IMG/VR virus record: IMGVR_UViG_3300042544_003642
Reading direction: 5' to 3' (one strand)
Length of the DNA: 64,000 bases
Source of the DNA: an uncultured virus (IMG/VR IMGVR_UViG_3300042544_003642)
Lineage: Duplodnaviria; Heunggongvirae; Uroviricota; Caudoviricetes
In this document: positions 22,355-30,525 of the stretch, in pieces
Layout: each line of letters starts with the position of its first letter
Numbering within the stretch: the first letter of the stretch is position 1
Program-made: the position numbers and the translations under genes
The notes under the pieces: model-generated
The model's input: the letters and a program-made list of their open reading frames with translations, nothing else
What the model was told of the DNA's origin: nothing
The model's database searches: none

Positions 22355-23164
22355 ATGAACAAAGTATATGATTGTTTCAGTTTCAACGGAGAATGGGATT
22401 TACTGGAGTTAAGGCTCAATACTCTTGATCCTGTGGTTGATTATTTCGTAATTGCTGAAAGCAATCACACACATATGGGCATACCCAAAAAATTACAGTT
22501 CAATATTCGTGACAGCAGATTAAGTAAATTCACACGCAAGATACGTTATATCCTGGTTTCAGATATGCCCAATCAAGATGCGTGGGGCAATGATAGATTT
22601 CAGCGGAATGCCGCTATGAGAGGCTTGTGGGACGCACAGCCACAAGATTTGGTCATTATAAGCGACTGTGACGAACTACCAAGGCGAGAGGCAGTAGGGG
22701 TTGCTAGAGATCACAGCTATAACTTGTTTGGTTTTGAACTAGCTTGGTATTACTGTTACATTAACAATGTGAATGTTCACGGGCATCCTCCAGAAATAGC
22801 ATCGGTTGGGGTTCGTTTCCAAGAACTCAAAAACCATACGCCAGATGATTACCGATGGGGTATCCGCGGAGCCAAGTATCAGGGCATTTGGATTTTCACC
22901 AACAGTGGTTGGCATTTCAGTTATCTTATGGACAAAGAAAAAATAATTGAGAAAGTGCAGAATTTTACTCATCAAGAGTTCAACAACCCAAAAGTTTTGA
23001 GCACAATTGATCCAGTTGAAGCTGCATTGGCAGGACGCGACCTTTTGGGCAGAGACTGGATGAGTTGGAAATTGATGGAAAAAAATCAATTGGACCTACC
23101 AGCATATATTTGGAAAAATTGGACCAAATTTGAAAAACACTTTTTGTCACCAGGATTAGAATGA
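22355..23164 (+). CDS. glycosyltransferase family 17 (MGAT3-like)
   Basis: YDCFSFNGEWDLLELRL, SDCDE, GWHFSY. Confidence 0.85.
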   Translation: MNKVYDCFSFNGEWDLLELRLNTLDPVVDYFVIAESNHTHMGIPKKLQFNIRDSRLSKFTRKIRYILVSDMPNQDAWGNDRFQRNAAMRGLWDAQPQDLVIISDCDELPRREAVGVARDHSYNLFGFELAWYYCYINNVNVHGHPPEIASVGVRFQELKNHTPDDYRWGIRGAKYQGIWIFTNSGWHFSYLMDKEKIIEKVQNFTHQEFNNPKVLSTIDPVEAALAGRDLLGRDWMSWKLMEKNQLDLPAYIWKNWTKFEKHFLSPGLE

Positions 23165-23967
23165 AAAAGAAAGTTTATGACTGTTTTTGTTTCAATGGTG
23201 AATGGAGCATACTCGAGCTACGTTTGAACACACACACCCCTGTTGTGGACTATTTTGTGATTGTTGAAAGCATTTTCACACATGTGGGTCGCCCCAAGGA
23301 ATTGAAATTTGATATCTCTGACCCAAGAGTTGCAGATTTTGCCCACAAAATACGATATATTTTAGTAACGGATTTTCCCAATGAAAGCGTTTGGGGTAAC
23401 GAAGTCTTTCAAAGAGATGCCATTACCCGAGGATTGTGGGATGCAGAGCCCAACAGCTTGATCTTGATATCAGATTGTGATGAAATCATTAGACCTGACT
23501 GTATACAAGCCTGTCTTGAAAACCAAGAATACAAGCTTTTTGGATTTCAACAGTTGAGTTATTTCACGTTTTTAAATAACAAAAATGAAGCAGGCAGTGG
23601 TCCTCAAGTTTGGAGTGTGGGGGTATATTTTGAAGAACTCAAAAATGCCACTCCTACAGAATATCGAATGGGCATTAGAGATGGACATTTCTCTCACATG
23701 TGGTGGTGGCACGATGCTGGATGGCATCTCAGCTATATGATGACAAAGGAACAAATAATTGAAAAAGTCCAGAACTTTGCTCATCAAGAGTTCAACACTC
23801 CTGGCGTTTTGAGCAAGATTGATCCCATCAAACGAGCTAGGGCTGGGGAAGATATTTTGGGTAGAGAACATTGTCGATGGCAGCTTTTGCCTTTTGACTC
23901 TGTGGATTTACCCGCTTACGTGAGGCAAAATCCAGATAAGTATCAAAAATACTTTTTAGAGCCTTAA
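23161..23967 (+). CDS. glycosyltransferase family 17, tandem paralog
   Basis: YDCFCFNGE, SDCDE, GWHLSY. Confidence 0.85.
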   Translation: MKKKVYDCFCFNGEWSILELRLNTHTPVVDYFVIVESIFTHVGRPKELKFDISDPRVADFAHKIRYILVTDFPNESVWGNEVFQRDAITRGLWDAEPNSLILISDCDEIIRPDCIQACLENQEYKLFGFQQLSYFTFLNNKNEAGSGPQVWSVGVYFEELKNATPTEYRMGIRDGHFSHMWWWHDAGWHLSYMMTKEQIIEKVQNFAHQEFNTPGVLSKIDPIKRARAGEDILGREHCRWQLLPFDSVDLPAYVRQNPDKYQKYFLEP

Positions 23968-23978
23968 CACTACACTAT

Positions 23979-24054
23979 GGGCCTATAGCTCATTTGGGAG
24001 AGCGCTTGATTTGCATTCAAGAGGCGCCTGGTTCGAACCCAGGTAGGTCCACCA
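23979..24054 (+). tRNA. tRNA-Ala(TGC)
   Basis: cttga-ttTGCat-tcaag; G3:U70; CCA. Confidence 0.92.
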
Positions 24055-24068
24055 ATTTAAATAAATGT

Positions 24069-24144
24069 GCCAGCATAGCACAGCGGTAGTTGCATCTGCT
24101 TTACACGCAGGATGTCGGGAGTTCAAATCTCTCTGCTGGTACCA
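24069..24144 (+). tRNA. tRNA-Val(TAC)
   Basis: ctgc-ttTACac-gcag; CCA. Confidence 0.88.
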
Positions 24145-24148
24145 TTAT

Positions 24149-24224
24149 GCCAACCTAGTGATCGTGGTCGACACAAACCGCTGAAGACGGTAAGAGCCTG
24201 GTTCAATCCCAGGGGTTGGCACCA
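24149..24224 (+). tRNA. tRNA-Phe(GAA)
   Basis: accg-ctGAAga-cggt; CCA. Confidence 0.8.
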
Positions 24225-24386
24225 TTTCAAAGATATACCATGCCTAAAACCCTAATTTCATCATATGCTTAGTCGTAGGGACATGTTGGCAACACAATTG
24301 CATCTCGCCACGCAACGTGTTGGGGTAAATCCTCCTCCCCCAACCATGGGAATAAATAAGTCAAAAGTCTAATACAGAGGACTAGA

Positions 24387-24848
24387 ATGAGCTCATCTGA
24401 ATTTTTGAGAAAGCTTTCTCTTTTGATAGAGAACAGTGGGTATGATACTAGACTGTTGACTCTTCGAGAAAAGGTTGAGAGAGTCATGAAGCAACCTGAC
24501 TTAGATTCGTGGAAAGAGTTAACAGAATTTGTGCTGCACTTAAACACTGACGGCTTGGATGAGCTTGAAAAAATCACTGTTGACAAAATCAAAAATGTGT
24601 GTGCCAAAGTTGAAGCCAAACCTCAATTGGCACAAAACATGAGACTGGTTTTAGATACTCATTATGGGCATTTGGCTTTTTTCACAGGCGGTAAGAAAAG
24701 TAACTTCAAGGAAAATGCGCCAACTATTGTGAGTGCTACCACCAAAAGTGGAGAAATAGATCGTGCTGTGGCGGACCGGATTGAAGACCCTGAAGGTTAT
24801 TTCAAAAAGGCGAGCAGTTACTATAGCAAAAAGCGGAAACGGAAATAA
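24387..24848 (+). CDS. hypothetical protein
   Basis: SD GAGGA; 153 aa. Confidence 0.6.
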   Translation: MSSSEFLRKLSLLIENSGYDTRLLTLREKVERVMKQPDLDSWKELTEFVLHLNTDGLDELEKITVDKIKNVCAKVEAKPQLAQNMRLVLDTHYGHLAFFTGGKKSNFKENAPTIVSATTKSGEIDRAVADRIEDPEGYFKKASSYYSKKRKRK

Positions 24849-24933
24849 CGCTTTTTGGAGTTGACAGTGTAAGTTTGCACTGTAAATTTACGATGTTGAG
24901 GACCGGTAGTAATTGGTCCTCAACAAAAACTAT

Positions 24934-25012
24934 GGATCACATGTACTCACTGGTGTGTACAACGGTCTTTTAAACCGTCCTCTGCGGGGTTCGATTCCCC
25001 GGTGATCCTCCA
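24934..25012 (+). tRNA. tRNA-Lys(TTT)
   Basis: acggt-ctTTTaa-accgt; CCA. Confidence 0.82.
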
Positions 25013-25020
25013 ATACTTTT

Positions 25021-25096
25021 GGACCGTTAACTCAGTGGTAAGAGTGCCATCCTCTTAAGTTGGAAGTCCTGGGTTCAAATCCCAGACGGTCCTCCA
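25021..25096 (+). tRNA. tRNA-Lys(CTT)
   Basis: ccatc-ctCTTaa-gttgg; CCA. Confidence 0.85.
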
Positions 25097-25102
25097 AATT
25101 TT

Positions 25103-25177
25103 GCGCATCTGGCTGAGAAGGGAAGCACACCCTTGATAAGGGTGGAGAGGCAGGGGCAGTACCTGCGGTGCGCACCA
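25103..25177 (+). tRNA. tRNA-Ile(GAT), atypical T-loop
   Basis: caccc-ttGATaa-gggtg; T-loop GGCAGTA; CCA. Confidence 0.8.
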
Positions 25178-25192
25178 AGTTAAGAATATAAT

Positions 25193-25267
25193 GGGGCATG
25201 GGCAAGGTACCCGGAGGATCTTTGCAAGATCCTAGCCTGATCGGCGCGATACCGATATGCTCCACCA
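25193..25267 (+). tRNA. tRNA-Ala(TGC) second copy, atypical T-loop
   Basis: ggatc-ttTGCaa-gatcc; G3:U70; T-loop CGCGATA. Confidence 0.8.
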
Positions 25268-25272
25268 ATTGT

Positions 25273-25346
25273 AGGTCGCTGGTGAATTAGTATCACGTTG
25301 AGCTCCAACCTCAAAGTGCCGGGGGCGGTACCTGGGTGGCCTGCCA
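25273..25346 (+). tRNA. tRNA-Trp(CCA), U11-A24, atypical T-loop
   Basis: ttgag-ctCCAac-ctcaa; G73; CCA. Confidence 0.82.
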
Positions 25347-25366
25347 ACTATTCTCTCAACCAACAA

Positions 25367-25475
25367 TTGCCATCGAGGTTGGAACAGCCTCCCAACACAC
25401 CATGAGAATGGTAACTAGCCGGCAGCAATCACCTAGCTGGTGAAGAAATCCGGAAGTGGCATCCGGCGATGGCGA
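25367..25475 (+). ncRNA. tRNA-like RNA lacking a 7-nt anticodon loop
   Basis: gccatcg/cgatggc acceptor, ccgga-7-tccgg T-arm, accat-GAGA-atggt. Confidence 0.45.
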
Positions 25476-25494
25476 TTTAACGTCAAGACAATAA

Positions 25495-25557
25495 GGGCCT
25501 GTAGCTCAACTGAATAGAGCGTGAGACTTTGGATCTCAAGGTTGAGATGGTTTACTC
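25495..25557 (+). pseudogene. truncated tRNA (Arg-like body, TTG anticodon)
   Basis: D-arm identical to tRNA-Arg at 31741; no intact T-arm or 3' acceptor strand. Confidence 0.5.
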
Positions 25558-25670
25558 CTGTCATACCTGGGGAAATTGTACGCAGATCCTACGGATCAAT
25601 GTCAGGTTGACTCCACACCCTCTTAAAGCCATGTAAATAAATGCAGACAATAAGACAGGAGCAGGGTTAT

Positions 25671-26039
25671 ATGGGAACGCATGACCTTAGAAAATACATC
25701 AATATCTTGCAAGAAAATAGCCAAAAGCCTAACGCTCTGTTAGAATTTGAAGATGACAGAGATGATGGCGACGGAGATGGCGAAGAAGAATATATGGAAG
25801 CTAAATTTCGTTTTGTCCTCCGAGGCGTAAAATATGCAGGTATAGTACGTGTGTTTCCAGGAGGCAACGAAACAACTGTAGAGTATGATCTTAACGGTAG
25901 AAGATATACTAAGACTATGGACTCTAGTTCAGTAGATGACTATGATGAATTTATAAGGAATGCCAAAGGATTCATCCAAGAAATCAACATGTTGAAAGGC
26001 GATGGCCACCATTCAGTGGAAGATATTCCAACTACCTAA
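25671..26039 (+). CDS. hypothetical acidic protein
   Basis: DLRKYINILQE N-terminus; TAAATA upstream. Confidence 0.55.
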   Translation: MGTHDLRKYINILQENSQKPNALLEFEDDRDDGDGDGEEEYMEAKFRFVLRGVKYAGIVRVFPGGNETTVEYDLNGRRYTKTMDSSSVDDYDEFIRNAKGFIQEINMLKGDGHHSVEDIPTT

Positions 26040-26124
26040 TATAAATCATTTTGGGTAAATCGTATAGCAGCTTTTCAACTGTCTTGGCAAGACAAGTAAC
26101 GCCTGCGACGTGTACCAAGTTTAT

Positions 26125-26199
26125 GGTGTCTAGAGTCAGCAAGTGTGGACGCGGGTCTGTGGAACCCGCCAGTCGGGGGCAGTACCCGATAGACACCCA
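26125..26199 (+). tRNA. tRNA-His(GTG)
   Basis: cgggt-ctGTGga-acccg; G-1; T-loop GGCAGTA. Confidence 0.82.
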
Positions 26200-26211
26200 T
26201 TAAATATTACT

Positions 26212-26697
26212 ATGAAAATAAGTGAAATCACCTTACCAAAAACGCGATGGGATGCACATGGTATTCTTGTAAAAGCTGGATATAAGAGATTGGGCAGCGG
26301 AGCATTTGCTTCTGTTTATGAAAAACCTGGCCGCCCATATGTTATAAAGTTGTTCGGTAGTGAAGACAGTGCATATCGTGCATTTATTGATCTAGCAAGA
26401 AAACATCCAAACAAACATTTTCCAAAGTTTTTTGGTAAATTGATTCGCTTTCCTGATTTTTATGGTATAAGAATGGAAAAACTCTCACCATATAAAGGAA
26501 ACTCCAGGTATATCCGAGATTACATCTTGTTTGGAGAAGACGAGACAGAAGAAATCATGCATCGGCCAGAATTAGCAGAAGCATGCGATTTGATCACGAC
26601 TTTGCTGGGAAAATACAATCTCGATATCAAGAATGATAATATTATGCAGAGAGGAAATACCCTTGTGTTTATTGACCCAGTTTGGGGCAAAGAATAA
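26212..26697 (+). CDS. minimal protein-kinase-like protein
   Basis: LGSGAFASVY, VIK, MEKL, DIKNDNIM, IDP. Confidence 0.75.
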   Translation: MKISEITLPKTRWDAHGILVKAGYKRLGSGAFASVYEKPGRPYVIKLFGSEDSAYRAFIDLARKHPNKHFPKFFGKLIRFPDFYGIRMEKLSPYKGNSRYIRDYILFGEDETEEIMHRPELAEACDLITTLLGKYNLDIKNDNIMQRGNTLVFIDPVWGKE

Positions 26698-26721
26698 AAA
26701 GCAGACGCCAAGAGATAATAT

Positions 26722-26794
26722 CCCAGGTTGAACCAGCGTTCCACCGGCCTTCATACGGCTGAGTGAAAAGGTGCAACTCCTTTGCCTGGGACTA
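26722..26794 (+). tRNA. tRNA(CAT), Met-type, atypical D-arm
   Basis: cggcc-ttCATac-ggctg; cccaggt/gcctggg acceptor. Confidence 0.6.
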
Positions 26795-26879
26795 AAAATA
26801 TAAGTTGACTGACCCCTCAACGCACTTATAATCTGTGTATTGATAGAGAGCGGTGAGGTAGAGACAAAAATAGAGATTA

Positions 26880-26956
26880 TCCCGGACGGGCGCAAGGTGT
26901 GCCAGCAGATTGTTAATCTGTTCATCAGGAAAGTTCGATTCTTTCTCCGGGAGCCA
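26880..26956 (+). tRNA. tRNA-Asn(GTT)
   Basis: gcaga-ttGTTaa-tctgt; CCA. Confidence 0.88.
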
Positions 26957-26964
26957 AAAACAAG

Positions 26965-27403
26965 ATAGGACTGACGATGGTCCTCCCTCAAGGGTTCGAG
27001 TACATGGTTGGGTTAGCGTCCAACTTGCAGCAATGTGCGAAATCACAGCGTCCTCTGGAGCTGGGTGTAATGCCCAGATAGGCAGCCGGTTAAGCCGAAC
27101 AAGCCGGTATATCATACGCAGACACGGCGCTGCATGGTTGCTACAAGGAACATTTTGAGAGAATGGTGTGTAGGGATAGACAAGCGCGACGCCCAGGGTT
27201 GGCCAACTTATGAGACGTGAACCGTTTCCGCACCAGCAAATAGGACTGCCCATGGTCCTCCTGAAAAGGTTTGAGAACATGCCTGGAGTTTATCGCCTAG
27301 GTAGTAACAATGTTTGAAATTTACAGAGGTCTCTGGTGCTACGTGTAACTCGTAGATAGTCAGCCGGTTAAGACGAAAAGCCGGAGTATTTGTTGTTACC
27401 TAC
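26965..27403 (+). ncRNA. large structured ncRNA of two homologous units (~165-180 nt) plus linker
   Basis: Units at 26965 and 27240 share ATAGGACTG..ATGGTCC, ACATG, CTCTGG, TGTAA, CAGCCGGTTAAG..AAGCCGG with compensatory stem changes. Confidence 0.7.
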
Positions 27404-27468
27404 TCTTTACTGGGGTGTCATTCAAGTCTAGAGACGTGTGCAGCCAGCGTCAAACTATAAATATCCTT

Positions 27469-27831
27469 ATGTTGATATTTGAAGTTTTGGCGCCAGCGAA
27501 CACAAGACTGGAATTGGGAAAACAACTACAAAGTATTTTAGATGCTGTGCGTGGTCCAGAAAACAGCCGGGTCAAGTTAACCAAACATCTTCTAGATAAA
27601 ATGTTACAATACAATATTCGTGCCAGTAATGTTGCAGCTATGGTAAAAAAAGCTTTTCGATTCCACAATCGCCCGTTGGCTGAACTGGGAACAAACAACA
27701 GAATCATATTGCGGAAAACAGATAAAACTGGCTTGGTGGTAGTCAAAAACACACACGGTGATTATGTGCTGGCTACTATTGACCCCAATTTGTATAACGT
27801 TAAAAATCCCAGTCCAGAACTGCGTGTGTAG
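27469..27831 (+). CDS. hypothetical protein
   Basis: TATAAATA just upstream. Confidence 0.55.
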   Translation: MLIFEVLAPANTRLELGKQLQSILDAVRGPENSRVKLTKHLLDKMLQYNIRASNVAAMVKKAFRFHNRPLAELGTNNRIILRKTDKTGLVVVKNTHGDYVLATIDPNLYNVKNPSPELRV

Positions 27832-27879
27832 TTGACAGTTTCCTTCTCTCATATATAATTGAAAATAGATAGATATTTG

Positions 27880-28000
27880 GCCTGCTTTATATGCAGTCCT
27901 ACAGCAGGTATTGAGTGCTCTGCCCAAAAGCGTTGCACCGTACACAAATTCAAATGAATTTGTGGGTTTTGGGCAGGAAGGGGAGTGTGCAACCTCCCTG
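27880..28000 (+). ncRNA. structured leader/ncRNA with pseudoknot
   Basis: Promoter TTGACA(27832)..TATAAT; ctgcccaaaa/ttttgggcag helix; GTTGCAC/GTGCAAC. Confidence 0.45.
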
Positions 28001-28032
28001 AGAGATTTTTGTTTGAGTGGAAGGAACTCAAA

Positions 28033-28227
28033 ATGACACGACTGTTACCAATTGTTGCTTTGTTGGGCCTATTGATTGGCTGTGCACCCGCACCCTACTA
28101 TTCCGATCACCGATCTGGCTACAGCACATACCCGCGACACTATGGTCCTCCAACACCAGTGTGTCATTACACTAGCTATTATGACAGATATCAGCGTCGC
28201 CACGTCACTGTCCGACGCTGTCACTAG
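28033..28227 (+). CDS. small lipoprotein
   Basis: MTRLLPIVALLGLLIGC lipobox. Confidence 0.6.
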   Translation: MTRLLPIVALLGLLIGCAPAPYYSDHRSGYSTYPRHYGPPTPVCHYTSYYDRYQRRHVTVRRCH

Positions 28228-28330
28228 ATTTAGGGCCATGTTGGACACCCCACTGGAAAACCCACAGTGGACGATGACGGGGTCTGGGATCATCTCCCAG
28301 GTGGTCCACTAAGTTTTCATTTACGAGTTA

Positions 28331-28405
28331 CTGGGTGTAGCTCAGAAGCAGAGCGCTGGTTTTGGGAACCAGAGGCCAGGATTGCGAAATTCCTCACCCG
28401 GACCA
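28331..28405 (+). tRNA. tRNA-Pro(TGG)
   Basis: ctggt-ttTGGga-accag; CCA. Confidence 0.85.
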
Positions 28406-28417
28406 CTTTTTACCTAT

Positions 28418-28506
28418 GAGCAGCTTCCCCCACACCGGTCTGTAAAACCGACGCCTTTCAAAACAGTGGGGAATTGAGGCGAGGGGAGAGTTACCCTGGT
28501 TGCTCA
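28418..28506 (+). tRNA. D-armless tRNA-Tyr(GTA)-like RNA
   Basis: cggt-ctGTAaa-accg; gagcagc/gttgctc acceptor; no D-stem. Confidence 0.55.
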
Positions 28507-28647
28507 AAACTCTAAATAGCCTTGTAGATAAGGTATCTACAAACATTTGAAAAATCAAAGGAAACCTAAAATGCCAAGTGGCAGTATACAGCCGTCAATT
28601 TAGGGTTCTCAAGTCTCCTAAGTTGACGGCAATAGTAGGAGACAGCT

Positions 28648-28965
28648 ATGCGTAAATTTATCAAGAATAGGTTTGAGATTTTGGCTGAGTGGATCAGCGC
28701 CAATTTGGGTCACCCATATGCGTTTTTGAGCGCAGCAGGTTCAGTTGTATTATGGGCCTTGCTGGGGCCAGTGTTTGGATTCAGTGACACATGGCAGCTG
28801 GTAATCAATACCAGCACAACCATTGTTACGTTTTTGATGGTGTTCCTATTGCAGAACACTGGCAATAGAGGCATCAAAGAAATGGACGAGCGTATCAAAA
28901 GTCTGGAGCGGCAAAACAATCAATTGCTGACGGAGATACGTGCAATGGTTCACACCAAAGTTTAA
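28648..28965 (+). CDS. low-affinity iron permease family protein (Fet4-like)
   Basis: FSDTWQLVINTSTTIVTFLMVFLLQNT. Confidence 0.88.
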   Translation: MRKFIKNRFEILAEWISANLGHPYAFLSAAGSVVLWALLGPVFGFSDTWQLVINTSTTIVTFLMVFLLQNTGNRGIKEMDERIKSLERQNNQLLTEIRAMVHTKV

Positions 28966-29055
28966 GGAAGTGTGGCAGAGCGGCTCTAATGCACTGGTCT
29001 TGAAAACCAGCGAAGGCAGGAATGTCTTCCGTGGGTTCGAATCCCACCACTTCCG
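28966..29055 (+). tRNA. tRNA-Ser(TGA)
   Basis: ctggt-ctTGAaa-accag; long variable arm. Confidence 0.92.
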
Positions 29056-29094
29056 TTCGTTGACACAGCCTAGTGGACGCCCATATAATTGAGA

Positions 29095-29349
29095 ATGAAT
29101 ATCACTTCTACTAGAGTGGCTCCCACAAGTGAGGAAATCACTGCTGCAAGAAAATGGGTTCGAAAACAGTTTCCCTATGCACTTGCGCCATCGTATAGTC
29201 CAGGACAAGGCCATTTGATGTTCAGGTTCATGGAAGAAACTTTTGGTCCTTGTGACGTCTGCTGGACCTATCTTGAGCCAGAAGTGTTGTTTAAAACAGA
29301 AGAAGATCGAGCAGCATTTTTACTCAGCTGGGGAAAATGGGACGAATAG
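29095..29349 (+). CDS. small hypothetical protein (F-x-L-x-W C-terminal family)
   Basis: LFKTEEDRAAFLLSW. Confidence 0.55.
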   Translation: MNITSTRVAPTSEEITAARKWVRKQFPYALAPSYSPGQGHLMFRFMEETFGPCDVCWTYLEPEVLFKTEEDRAAFLLSWGKWDE

Positions 29350-29401
29350 CCTGCATGGATCATTTGCAGCTAGCAAGATGCTGCTATATACTATGTACTG
29401 T

Positions 29402-29564
29402 GCCGGATTAGCTCATTTGGTAGAGCAATTGATTTTTCCGTGGCGGGATAATGCCACCAACTGGTGAATAAATTTACCAGTTGTTTGTGGGCAACACTGG
29501 CCTAAAGCCAGTACGCCAAATGGTAATCAATAGGTGGTCAGTTCGAAACTGACATCCGGCACCA
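29402..29564 (+). tRNA. tRNA-Thr (GGT, or TGT depending on junction) with 87-nt anticodon-loop insert
   Basis: Canonical 76-nt cloverleaf after removing 29435-29521. Confidence 0.85.
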
Positions 29565-29583
29565 TAATTGAAAGGCAGCAACA

Positions 29584-30165
29584 ATGCAACAGCTTCAAAC
29601 CTACAGCAATCTCATTTGGAGTTTTGATGGGGCTATGAGCGACAGTCTTTGCAGTCTGTTACAGGACCACATGAGCCTTTTAAAATTCAGTAATCAACCC
29701 AGTATTGATGGTCGCATGCCTTGGGAAGACCAAGACGACTTGCCTTATAACCAAATACAAGACATCACAGTCAAACGTGCTATAGAGGCGTATCGCTTCA
29801 CCTGTAGTCAGTTGGTATATCAAGTCACAAGGCAATTTGCCTACCCCAACTACACTGACTTAGTGCTGTGGCGGCCTGGACGACAAATGCATGAACACAA
29901 AGACAATGGTTACACTGACGACAGCAATCTCCGTCCTCGAGTTTGGTCATCTGTTACCTATCTCAACGACGACTATCAAGGCGGAGTGACGTTTATAAAA
30001 AATGAACGTGGTGAATACTATAGCTCAGCACCTCGTAAGGGGCGGATAGTGATTTTTGCCAGTGATGACCGTTGCACGCATGGTGTCACACCTGTTGAGG
30101 GTGGGAACAGATTTACGTTAAGTATTTGGTTCGCAACTGATCCCTACGCTCTTGAGCGCACTTGA
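29584..30165 (+). CDS. 2OG-Fe(II) oxygenase (prolyl-hydroxylase-like)
   Basis: HxD (HKD), YLNDDYQGG, HGV, R. Confidence 0.88.
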   Translation: MQQLQTYSNLIWSFDGAMSDSLCSLLQDHMSLLKFSNQPSIDGRMPWEDQDDLPYNQIQDITVKRAIEAYRFTCSQLVYQVTRQFAYPNYTDLVLWRPGRQMHEHKDNGYTDDSNLRPRVWSSVTYLNDDYQGGVTFIKNERGEYYSSAPRKGRIVIFASDDRCTHGVTPVEGGNRFTLSIWFATDPYALERT

Positions 30166-30174
30166 CTTCAACTC

Positions 30175-30525
30175 ATGCCACTACGAGACGAGGACAAGAA
30201 GCTGTGGCAACAGGTGATGCAAGGGGTTAAGCCATTAACCACTGCAACTCAAGTCCCCTTGCCTCAGTCTCTCCCAAAAACAAGTTCGTCATACCATAAT
30301 CCCCTTCACACTTGGGATTTACATGGCATGACCTTGAGCGAAGCCTATCAAAGAACTATTGAACAAGTGTCAAACAAACATTTTCCCAGTCTAACCTTCA
30401 TCACTGGCAAAAGTGGATTGATGCAACAGGAATTTTCACATTGGTTGGAGAAGAATCCAGCTGTGCAGCGTGTGGAAAGTTTGCCAGGTGGTGGGGCCTT
30501 CCGGGTGTATCTCAAGAAAAAATAA
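30175..30525 (+). CDS. Smr domain protein
   Basis: DLHGMT...A, ITGKSG, GGGAFRV. Confidence 0.85.
   Translation: MPLRDEDKKLWQQVMQGVKPLTTATQVPLPQSLPKTSSSYHNPLHTWDLHGMTLSEAYQRTIEQVSNKHFPSLTFITGKSGLMQQEFSHWLEKNPAVQRVESLPGGGAFRVYLKKK

Noticed and set aside
24265..24346. Possible tRNA ending in CCA
   Set aside because: Only one hairpin; no cloverleaf could be built.
26053..26117. Possible tRNA-Ala(GGC)
   Set aside because: Anticodon-like hairpin only; D- and T-arms missing, so at most a remnant.
26965..26990. Hammerhead ribozyme suggested by CTGACGA
   Set aside because: The second unit has CTGCCCA at the same place and no properly placed GAAA/cleavage core was found.
28229..28312. Hairpin cluster after the lipoprotein gene
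   Set aside because: Several short stems but no recognisable motif or second copy to support a call.
29435..29521. Canonical group I intron in tRNA-Thr
   Set aside because: 87 nt is too short and no P3-P7 core is recognisable; reported as an unclassified insert.
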